A DNA stretch of 64,000 bases from Acidimicrobiales bacterium (lineage in GTDB: Bacteria; Actinomycetota; Acidimicrobiia; Acidimicrobiales; UBA8592), in contig JBFKRY010000001.1 of NCBI GenBank assembly GCA_041636995.1, positions 1,482-65,481 on the forward strand. Direction: 5' to 3'. The notes under the pieces were generated by a model. It saw only the letters and a list, made by a program, of their open reading frames with translations. It did no database searches and had not been told where the DNA came from. The translations under genes were made by a program, and so were the position numbers. Below, piece after piece: positions 45,741-53,645 of this stretch. Positions within the stretch are counted from its first letter, which is position 1. Each line of letters opens with the position of its first letter.

Positions 45741-45788
45741 GCGATCGCACCCTGCGATCGCATCCTGCGATGGCGTCATGCGATCGCA
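45741..45788. promoter_or_regulatory. Four 13-bp-spaced copies of a (T)GCGATCGC(A) palindrome in a divergent promoter region
   Basis: GCGATCGC at 45741-45748, TGCGATCGCA at 45753-45762, degenerate TGCGATGGCG at 45766-45775, TGCGATCGCA at 45779-45788. The array lies between the capD/pglF-like start (45654, -) and the DUF4012 gene (+). Confidence 0.5.
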
Positions 45789-45826
45789 GGCCTGGTCGGA
45801 CGAGTCCCGACCTCGACCGACGGTAG

Positions 45827-48253
45827 TTGTCGGCGATTCGCGACTCGCGTATCCCCCATCGGCACCACGGCCTGGGCCTTGAGGCTCATGACTCTCGTGC
45901 CGACGGGGTGAGGGTGAGCGAGCTCGTCACCGGCCACGGGTACCATCGGGCGACCGTGAGAGCCGCGCCGGCGCCCGCCCATGCTGCCACCCGCCGCCTC
46001 GACAGCGATCTCGCAGCCGTGGCCGCCCTGGTGGTGGTGGGCGCGGTGCTGGCTGTCCTGGACGACGCGTCCCCCGTGGGCGTGCCGCTCGCCGACGGGC
46101 TGTGGCGGGCGGCGCTGGGCGCGCTGGTGGTGGCCTGCAGCGCCTTCGGCACGCCCGTCGCCGCGATCGTCAGCGCCACCCTGGCGGCTGCGGGGACCTC
46201 GGACGCATCGCTGATCACCGTGGGGGTGGTGGCCATCGGGGCGGCCACGCTGGGAGCGTCGCGGTTCCCCGAGCTCCACGCGTTCGGCGCCGCCGCGGGC
46301 CTGGGCGTCTCCTGGGTCGTGTTCCGGCTGCCCTACGACCAGTTCCTCGGGGTCTCGACCCTGGTGGCGCTGGTCATCGTGGCCCCGGTGGTCGCCAGTG
46401 CCTGGTACTGGGGCCCGGTCCTCTTGGTCCAACTCATCGGCTGGCTCACCACGCTGCTCGCCCTGGTGGCCGTGGTCGGCGGGGGCGGGCTCGCCCTGGC
46501 CGCCTACGACGCCCGGTCCGAGCTGAACCAGGCCGCTGATCTCGTCGACGACGCCCTTGGCGCGTTCCGCGACGGCGACGAGCAGCGAGCCCGGGAGCTG
46601 CTCGCCGAGGGCGTCGATGCCCTGCACCGGGCCGACGACGCGGCATCGAAGCCGTGGCTCCAGCTCAACCGGGCGGTGCCGGGCCTGGGCCAGCACGCCA
46701 CCGCGCTGCAGCGCATCTCGTCGCACGGCGTCGACACCGGCGTTGCCGCCCTCGACGTCCTCGACGACCTCGACCAGCGCTCGCTCACCATTCGGGCCGG
46801 GCGGGTCGACGTCGCCGCGGTGCGTTCGGTCGAGCCGACCGTGGTCGGCCTGGCGACCACGGCCGAGGAGGCCCACCGTCGGCTCTCCGAGGCCCGCTCA
46901 CCCTGGCTGATCGGACCCATGGCCCGCGCCGTCGACGATGCCACCGCGGAGCTGGACGGCATCACCCGGTCGGCCCGGCGGGCCGCCGATGCCGTCTCCC
47001 TGGCGCCCGCGATGCTCGGCGCCGACGACCCCCGGGCCCACCTGGTGCTGTTCGCCACCCCCGCGGAGCTGCGGGGATCGGGCGGGCTGGTGGGCAATTG
47101 GGCGCTGATCGCGGCCGACGGCGGAGCCCTGCGCCTCGCCGGTGTGGGCCGGGTGGAGGATCTGAACCGGTCGCTGGCCGGGGTCGGGGTGACCCTCACC
47201 CGGCCGGCGGGCTACGTGGCCCACTACGGCGCCTACTCCATCGAGACCGAGTTCCAGGACATCACGCTGAGCCCGAACTACCCCGACGTGGCCGCGGTGG
47301 CCGCGCAGCTCTTCGAGGCCGCCGAGGGGATCCCGGTGGACACGGTCATGCTCGTCGACCCCGACGCCATCGCCGCGCTCCTCCGGCTCACCGGGCCGGT
47401 CACCGTCGGCGAGCGCACGCTGACCGCTGCCACCGCCCGCGACTTCCTGCTGCTGGGTCAGTACGAGGAGCTCGACGACGAGGCCGAGCGGGTGGCATTC
47501 CTCGAGCGGCTCCTCGAGCGGACCTTCAGCCGGCTCCTGGCCGTCGACTTCCCGGACCCGTGGGACCTCGACGAGATCTTCGCCGAGGTCGTGGCCGAGG
47601 ACCGCCTGGTCCTGTCCGCAATCGACCCCGAAGAGCAGGCGTTGCTGCTCGACCTCGGCATCGGCGGGTCCTTCCCCCAGCCCGCGGGGGACCTGCTCGG
47701 CGTGGTGACCCAGAACGGAGGGCAGAACAAGATCGACACGTTCCTGCAGCGGCACATCTCCTATGACGCCGACCTCGACCCGGCCACCGGGCGCATCGAC
47801 GCCACGGTCACCGTCGAGCTCACCAACCTGGTCAGCGACCTGTCGCTGCCGGAGGCGGTGGTGGGCAACAACGACCAGGGCTACGACCTCGGGACCAACG
47901 TGTCGCTCCTCACCGTCTACAGCCCGCACCGTCTGGTCGGCGCCTCGGTCGACGGCGAGGAGGTCGGGTTCCGCGCCGCCGACGAGCTGGGGGTCCGGGC
48001 CTACTCCCGCCTGGTCGAGATCCCGGCCGGGACCACCGTGGTGGCGGAGCTGCGCCTCGAGGACGTGCTCGACCTGTCGGAGCGCTACCTGCTCGACGTC
48101 CCGGTGCAGCCGGCGGTGTCGCCCGACACCTTCGACGTGCGGATCTCGGTGCCGCCCTCGGCCTCGATCGGGGGCGACCGGGGTCCGTGGACCTGGTCGG
48201 TCGCCACCTCGGCCGACGCCCGGGTCGAGGTCCCCATCGACATGGGGGGCTGA
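45827..48253 (+). CDS. DUF4012 domain membrane protein
   Basis: N-terminal multi-TM region, then ...LVLFATPAELRGSGGLVGNWALIAADGG... (DUF4012 hallmark). Start uncertain: TTG 45827 or GTG 45908. Confidence 0.75.
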   Translation: MSAIRDSRIPHRHHGLGLEAHDSRADGVRVSELVTGHGYHRATVRAAPAPAHAATRRLDSDLAAVAALVVVGAVLAVLDDASPVGVPLADGLWRAALGALVVACSAFGTPVAAIVSATLAAAGTSDASLITVGVVAIGAATLGASRFPELHAFGAAAGLGVSWVVFRLPYDQFLGVSTLVALVIVAPVVASAWYWGPVLLVQLIGWLTTLLALVAVVGGGGLALAAYDARSELNQAADLVDDALGAFRDGDEQRARELLAEGVDALHRADDAASKPWLQLNRAVPGLGQHATALQRISSHGVDTGVAALDVLDDLDQRSLTIRAGRVDVAAVRSVEPTVVGLATTAEEAHRRLSEARSPWLIGPMARAVDDATAELDGITRSARRAADAVSLAPAMLGADDPRAHLVLFATPAELRGSGGLVGNWALIAADGGALRLAGVGRVEDLNRSLAGVGVTLTRPAGYVAHYGAYSIETEFQDITLSPNYPDVAAVAAQLFEAAEGIPVDTVMLVDPDAIAALLRLTGPVTVGERTLTAATARDFLLLGQYEELDDEAERVAFLERLLERTFSRLLAVDFPDPWDLDEIFAEVVAEDRLVLSAIDPEEQALLLDLGIGGSFPQPAGDLLGVVTQNGGQNKIDTFLQRHISYDADLDPATGRIDATVTVELTNLVSDLSLPEAVVGNNDQGYDLGTNVSLLTVYSPHRLVGASVDGEEVGFRAADELGVRAYSRLVEIPAGTTVVAELRLEDVLDLSERYLLDVPVQPAVSPDTFDVRISVPPSASIGGDRGPWTWSVATSADARVEVPIDMGG

Positions 48254-48313
48254 ACCCTCGCCGGGGCTCAGTATCAGCCGGCAGCTGCCGATGGCTAACT
48301 AACGTCTAGTGCC

Positions 48314-48889
48314 GTGGGCACCCCCCGCCACCTGCGTCGTCGCCCGCGCCGAACGAGTCTGGGACACACCTTGAGATCGCTGATCATCGCGGCCGTCGTG
48401 CTGACCTTGCTGGCCGCGGCACCCGCAGCCGGGCAGGGCTACGACCCGCCCGGCACCATCGTGGTCACCCCGCCCACGGTGGCCCCGGGCGACCTGGTCA
48501 ACGTGGCGGTCACGGGCTGCCAGCCCGCACCCGGGCAGGTCGACGTGGTGATCGACGGCATCGTCGTCGGCCAGGCCGACGTCGACGCCTCCGGCTCCTT
48601 CAGCGCCGACTTCCGGGTGCCCCTCGAGGCCGCAGGCGAGGTCCTGGTCGAGGTTCGCTGCGGCAACGGGGTGCTGTCGTCGGTCATCGACGTCCAGATC
48701 CCCGACCTGCCGTTCCAGGACGACGGCGGCGGCCCGCCCCTGCCCATGACGGGCACCGGCGCGGTGCGGATGCTGGCCCAGCTGGGGGCCGCGCTGGTCG
48801 GCCTGGGCTGCCTGCTGGTGCTGCTGGTGAGCCGCCGGCGCAGTGCCGACGAGACGGCCGAGGAGGCGGTGGCGGCGCGCCATGGCTGA
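48314..48889 (+). CDS. Secreted protein with a C-terminal LPXTG-type sorting signal
   Basis: Signal-like N-terminus ...LIIAAVVLTLLAAAPAAG. C-terminus has LPMTG + hydrophobic AVRMLAQLGAALVGLGCLLVLLV + SRRRS. Confidence 0.7.
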   Translation: MGTPRHLRRRPRRTSLGHTLRSLIIAAVVLTLLAAAPAAGQGYDPPGTIVVTPPTVAPGDLVNVAVTGCQPAPGQVDVVIDGIVVGQADVDASGSFSADFRVPLEAAGEVLVEVRCGNGVLSSVIDVQIPDLPFQDDGGGPPLPMTGTGAVRMLAQLGAALVGLGCLLVLLVSRRRSADETAEEAVAARHG

Positions 48890-50165
48890 GCGAGTCACCG
48901 TCGTCGGACAGGGCTACGTGGGCCTGCCCCTGGCCATGGCGGCCGTCGAAGCAGGCTACGTCGTGGTGGGCTTCGACATCGACAGCGAGCGAGTTGCCGG
49001 CCTCAACGCGGGTCGTAGCCACGTCGAGGACGTGGACCCGGCGCGCCTACGCGCCGCGCTGGACCTGGGGCGCTACTGCGCGAGGTCGGAGCCGGCGGAG
49101 CTCGAGCCCTTCGACTACGCCGTCATCTCCGTACCGACACCGCTGCGCGAGGGCGCCCCGGACATGCGGCACATCGAGCGGGCGGCAGCCACGCTGGGGC
49201 CGCTCACCAGGCCCGGGTCCACGGTGATCCTCGAGTCGACCACCTACCCGGGCACCACCGACGAGCTGGTCCGGCCCATCGTCGAGGCCGCCAGCGGGCT
49301 GGTGGCCGATCGCGACTTCTACCTCGGCTACAGCCCGGAACGGATCGACCCCGGCAACACCGTCCACACCCTGGAGACCACGCCCAAGGTGGTCTCGGGG
49401 CTGGGGCCGGCGTCGCTGGCCCGGGTCCAGCGGTTCTACGACAAGTTCGTCCACCAGACGGTGCCGGTCGGTTCCACCCGGGTGGCCGAGCTCACCAAGC
49501 TGCTCGAGAACACCTTCCGCCACGTGAACGTGGCGCTGGTGAACGAGCTGGCGATGTTCGCCCACGACCTCGGCATCGACGTCTGGGAGGCCATCGATGC
49601 GGCCTCCACCAAGCCCTTCGGGTACATGCGGTTCACTCCGGGGCCCGGGGTCGGAGGTCACTGCTTGCCCGTCGACCCCTCCTACCTCTCCTGGCAGGTG
49701 CGCCAGCACCTGGGCCGGTCCTTCCGCTTCGTCGAGCTCGCCAACGACGTGAACGAGCACAAGCCCGACTACGTGGTCCGCCGGCTCGTGCATGCCATGA
49801 ACGACCGGGGGCTGGCCCTGCGGGGCCGGCGGGTGCTGTTGCTCGGCATGGCCTACAAGCGCAACACCGGCGACGCCCGCGAGAGCCCCTCGGAAAAGGT
49901 GGCCAGAGCCCTGCTCGACCTGGGGGCCCACGTGCGAGCCTGCGAGCCCCACGTCGACCCTCGCCAGATCCCCGAGGGCGTCGAGGTGGTGCCCTGCAAC
50001 GCTGCCGAGCTCCGCGCAGCCGACGCGGTGGTGCTCCTCGTCGACCACGACGCCTTCGACCTGGACCTGGTCGCTCGCGAAGCGGGCTACGTCCTCGACT
50101 GCAAGCGCGCCATCCCCGGCGGAGGCGCGGGGGCCATCACCGGGAAGGACGTGGAGCATCTCTAG
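48882..50165 (+). CDS. Nucleotide-sugar 6-dehydrogenase (UDP-glucose/GDP-mannose dehydrogenase family)
   Basis: ATG at 48882 (8-nt overlap with the preceding gene). VTVVGQGYVGLPLA NAD fold; catalytic Cys context GPGVGGHCLPVDP. Confidence 0.85.
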   Translation: MAERVTVVGQGYVGLPLAMAAVEAGYVVVGFDIDSERVAGLNAGRSHVEDVDPARLRAALDLGRYCARSEPAELEPFDYAVISVPTPLREGAPDMRHIERAAATLGPLTRPGSTVILESTTYPGTTDELVRPIVEAASGLVADRDFYLGYSPERIDPGNTVHTLETTPKVVSGLGPASLARVQRFYDKFVHQTVPVGSTRVAELTKLLENTFRHVNVALVNELAMFAHDLGIDVWEAIDAASTKPFGYMRFTPGPGVGGHCLPVDPSYLSWQVRQHLGRSFRFVELANDVNEHKPDYVVRRLVHAMNDRGLALRGRRVLLLGMAYKRNTGDARESPSEKVARALLDLGAHVRACEPHVDPRQIPEGVEVVPCNAAELRAADAVVLLVDHDAFDLDLVAREAGYVLDCKRAIPGGGAGAITGKDVEHL

Positions 50166-50241
50166 TCTGAGGCTCTCCGGCGCCCCTGCGGTGCCGCGCA
50201 CCGTCTCGTCACCGATCGCCGACCGGCCCCGCTGCTGACCC

Positions 50242-52137
50242 ATGGAACCAGCGTTCTACTTGCGTGTCATCCGGCTCCGCTGGAAGATCATCGCCCTGTT
50301 CGTGATCCTGGGCGCGCTCGTCGGATTGGGCTTCACGATGCTCGAGAGCCGCGACGAGGGCGAGGAGATCACCTACTGGCTGGCGAAGCACAAGCTGATC
50401 GTCACCAACAGCGCGGTGGAGGACGGCCGGTTCCCGAACCTCCTGCAGACCGCGCTCCTGGTCACCGGGGGCGACGTCCCGGCGGCGATCGCCGACGAGC
50501 TCGATCGCAGCGAGACCGAGCTGACCAGCCAGGTGCGCACCATCACCGACCTGGAGGTGAACGTCATCGAGATCTCCGCGGTGTCCCTGGATCCCGCGGA
50601 CGCCGAGCTCGTCGCCGACACCTTCGCCGCCGCGCTCGTCGCCTTCCTGGAGGAGCGCGACGGTGAGACCTACGCCGCCACCCTCGACGCCGCGACGGCG
50701 GAGGTGGCCTCCATCGGCGAGCGGCTGAAGACGATCGACCAACGCATCGTCGAGCTGGAGGACGAGCTCGACGACCTGCGAGACCCACCCGAGCCCCCGG
50801 TGCCCGACGCCACCGATCCCGGAGCTGCCGCAGACGCGGCGGAGGCGGAGGCGGCACGCAGCGCGGCCATCGACGGGGTCAGCGAGGAGCTGCGCTCGCT
50901 GCGCATCGAGCGCGAGAGCAGGGCCTCGCTCTACGAGGCTGCGCTCGCCGACCTCGACGCCCTCGAGCGCACCGGCGCGCCGCCGCCGCTGCTCGAGACC
51001 CTCGACACCGTGGCCCCCTTCCAGATCGGGCCGAAGCTGTACAACCTGCGGATCGAGCAGGGCCGGGAGGGCCGGAACAACTTCAACTCCCGCAACGTCG
51101 ACGACGGGTCCGGTGGCGGCCTCCGCCTGGGCGAGACGGTGTCGAACCCCGTGGTCCGCACCGCGCTCGGAGGCGTCGCCGGTCTGCTGTTGGGCATCGG
51201 GGCCGTCCTGCTGCACCTGCGGTTCGACCCCCGGCTGCGGACCAAGGCCGAGGTGGAGGAGGCCTTCGACCTGCCGGTGCTGGCAGAGATACCGAAGTTC
51301 GGCCCTCGCGAGACCAAGCGCCTCGAGCTGCATGCGGTCACTAGGCCCCGCAGCGTGGTGACCGAGGCCTACCGGATGGTGCGCTCGGCGCTCCTGTTCG
51401 CGAGGGCCACCGCCGAAGCCCCGCTCACCAGCACCACGAACGGCCACGGCCACGGCGACGGCGACGGCGACGGCCCCGCCACGACGTCGGATGGGCCGGC
51501 GCCGGCAGGGCGGGAGATGCGGGTCGTCATGATCACGTCACCCGGGCCGTCGGAGGGCAAGACCACCACTACCGCCAATCTCGCGGTGGTGCTCGCCGAG
51601 GCCGGCTACGAGGTGCTGGTCGTCAACTGTGACTACCGGCTGCCCAAGCTGCACAAGTTCTTCGATCGACCCCACGAGACCCGCCGCACCATCGACACCG
51701 GCGTGCCCGGGGTCACGCTGGTCGCCGACGTCCTCCCCCCGGGGGCCACCAACCCCACCACCGTGGTCGAGTCGCAACGGCGCCTCATCTGCAAGGCCCG
51801 GGAGCGCTACGACGTGGTGCTGCTCGACACCGCGCCGCTGCTCGCCACCAACGACGCCCTGTCGCTGCTGCCCGTGGTCGACCTGCTGTTGCTGGTCGCC
51901 GCCGAGGGCAAGACCGATCGCGAGGCCGCGGTGGAGTCCATCGACCTGCTGCGGCGCCGCCGGGCCAACCTGGCCGGCGTGATCCTCACCGGGTCGTCGG
52001 GCTTCGGCCGCAGCCGCTACTACTACAAGTACCGCTACGGGAGCTACTACGAGCCCAGCGGCGACGCCCGGCCGGTCCCCGTCGACGACACCGAGCCCGC
52101 GACCCGAGCCGCGCACGCCGCGGCGTCCCGCAACTGA
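50242..52137 (+). CDS. Polysaccharide co-polymerase (Wzz-like) fused to a BY-kinase (Wzc-like tyrosine autokinase)
   Basis: N-terminal TM plus a long coiled periplasmic-type region and a second TM. Walker A SPGPSEGKTTTTANLA, A' VLVVNCDYR, Walker B VVLLDTAPL. C-terminal Tyr cluster RYYYKYRYGSYYE. Confidence 0.85.
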   Translation: MEPAFYLRVIRLRWKIIALFVILGALVGLGFTMLESRDEGEEITYWLAKHKLIVTNSAVEDGRFPNLLQTALLVTGGDVPAAIADELDRSETELTSQVRTITDLEVNVIEISAVSLDPADAELVADTFAAALVAFLEERDGETYAATLDAATAEVASIGERLKTIDQRIVELEDELDDLRDPPEPPVPDATDPGAAADAAEAEAARSAAIDGVSEELRSLRIERESRASLYEAALADLDALERTGAPPPLLETLDTVAPFQIGPKLYNLRIEQGREGRNNFNSRNVDDGSGGGLRLGETVSNPVVRTALGGVAGLLLGIGAVLLHLRFDPRLRTKAEVEEAFDLPVLAEIPKFGPRETKRLELHAVTRPRSVVTEAYRMVRSALLFARATAEAPLTSTTNGHGHGDGDGDGPATTSDGPAPAGREMRVVMITSPGPSEGKTTTTANLAVVLAEAGYEVLVVNCDYRLPKLHKFFDRPHETRRTIDTGVPGVTLVADVLPPGATNPTTVVESQRRLICKARERYDVVLLDTAPLLATNDALSLLPVVDLLLLVAAEGKTDREAAVESIDLLRRRRANLAGVILTGSSGFGRSRYYYKYRYGSYYEPSGDARPVPVDDTEPATRAAHAAASRN

Positions 52138-52166
52138 GCCGGCTGGCGCGCCGGGAGCGCGGCTCG

Positions 52167-53312
52167 TCAGCCGATGACCAGCTGGTGGCTGCGCAGCTCG
52201 GTGAGGAGCGCGGCCACGTCGCGCTGCACCTGGTCCTCGGGGTGGTCGAAGGCCGACGACAGCTCGCGAGCCAGCTCGGCTTCGGGCACGTTGCCGTCGA
52301 GGAGCTGCCAGACCACCCCCGCCAGGGCGTCGAGGGCGACGACCGCGTCGGTGGGGGGATGGTGGACCACCACCCCGTCGGCGCACACCACACCCACTGC
52401 GCCGGGCGCCGCGGCAGGCCCGACCGGCTCACCGGCTCGGAGCACGGGCTCGAGCCGGCGAACCGGCGAGGGTGAGGGGGCGGGCCGGGCCACGACCGCC
52501 TCGAGGATCGCCACCGCCTGGTCGAGGTCCCGCTGGTCGAGGCGCACCCGCTGACACCGGGCCGCGAGCCTGGCCAGGGTCTCGAGTGCGTGGCCGTCCC
52601 CGTCCAGCTGGTCCTGGCAGTTGATGGCCAGCTCCACCACCGTCTCGGTCACCCCCAGCTCGGTGCAGGACGTCTCCCGCTCGGGGACGTACCGGGCGAA
52701 CACCAGCGCTGCGGGCTCGGCCGAGGCCAGCCGGGTCCCGCCGAGATCCTCGGGCCGCAGGTACCAGCGGGTCTGGTGGGCGGACAGGGTCCAGCGGTCG
52801 TAGTCGGCGGCGATCAGGGGCCGGCTGGCGGCCTTGATGGTGAGGGGCTTGGCGTAGCCGTGGGCGGTGCCGTGCTCGTCGAGGCTCACCAGCTCGTCGC
52901 TGAGGTAGCCGAAGCCGGCGGCGCAGGCCGCGGCGGCCAGGGTGGTCTTGCCGGCGCCGGGAGGGGCCGGCAGGATGGCGCAGCCGGCCCGGCCCGGGGG
53001 CACGACCGCGGCAGCGTGGATGTTGACCTCACCGACGCGCGACAGGACCGCCTCCCGGTTGCACCACGCCACCAGGTGATCGAGCACGTTCGCCGGGTCG
53101 ACGCTGCCGTAGCGGAGCTGGTCGTCGATGGTGAGGGTGTACCGGTCGCCGGGCTGACCACCGAGGACGGCCTGGTGCTCGCCGGCGCGGTCGGTACGCA
53201 GCCCGGCGAAGCTCTCGGCCACGAGCCGGCGCACCCGATCGTCGTCGATGCGGACCGCCACGGTGGTGGCACCGACGGCGAGCACGAGCGGCTCCGGCGG
53301 GGCTGACGCCAT
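52167..53312 (-). CDS. HPr-kinase-like P-loop kinase fused to a C-terminal PqqD/RRE-like domain
   Basis: Kinase core ...IHAAAVVPPGRAGCAILPAPPGAGKTTLAAAACAAGFGYLSDELVSLD... C-terminal ~85 aa ...VVALDALAGVVWQLLDGNVPEAELARELSSAFDHPEDQVQRDVAALLTELRSHQLV resembles PqqD. Confidence 0.65.
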   Translation of the reverse strand: MASAPPEPLVLAVGATTVAVRIDDDRVRRLVAESFAGLRTDRAGEHQAVLGGQPGDRYTLTIDDQLRYGSVDPANVLDHLVAWCNREAVLSRVGEVNIHAAAVVPPGRAGCAILPAPPGAGKTTLAAAACAAGFGYLSDELVSLDEHGTAHGYAKPLTIKAASRPLIAADYDRWTLSAHQTRWYLRPEDLGGTRLASAEPAALVFARYVPERETSCTELGVTETVVELAINCQDQLDGDGHALETLARLAARCQRVRLDQRDLDQAVAILEAVVARPAPSPSPVRRLEPVLRAGEPVGPAAAPGAVGVVCADGVVVHHPPTDAVVALDALAGVVWQLLDGNVPEAELARELSSAFDHPEDQVQRDVAALLTELRSHQLVIG

Positions 53313-53360
53313 CGTGGGAGTATCGCTCGGCGGCCGCCGGCGTCGGGCGATACTGGAGGC

Positions 53361-53645
53361 ATGGACGCGCCGGTGCTGGCCCGTGCGCCCGGGGTGCTGT
53401 GGCGGCGGACGTTGCGGGGGGTCCTGGTGGCTGCTCCGGGCGAGGAGGAGCCGCTGCTGGTGACCGCGCCCGGCGACGTGGTCTGGGATCTCCTCGAGCA
53501 GCCGCGCACCCGCGAGGAGCTGGTGGACGCGCTGGCCAGATCCTTCGATGCCGAGCCCGGTCGCATCGAGTCCGACCTGGCCCCGGTGCTCGCGGCGCTG
53601 CTCGAACGAGGCGCGCTCACGCTCAGAGGTGGAGGCGGCGGCTGA
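53361..53645 (+). CDS. Stand-alone PqqD-family (RiPP-recognition-element-like) protein
   Basis: 94 aa: ...VLWRRTLRGVLVAAPGEEEPLLVTAPGDVVWDLLEQPRTREELVDALARSFDAEPGRIESDLAPVLAALLERGAL. Confidence 0.7.
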   Translation: MDAPVLARAPGVLWRRTLRGVLVAAPGEEEPLLVTAPGDVVWDLLEQPRTREELVDALARSFDAEPGRIESDLAPVLAALLERGALTLRGGGGG

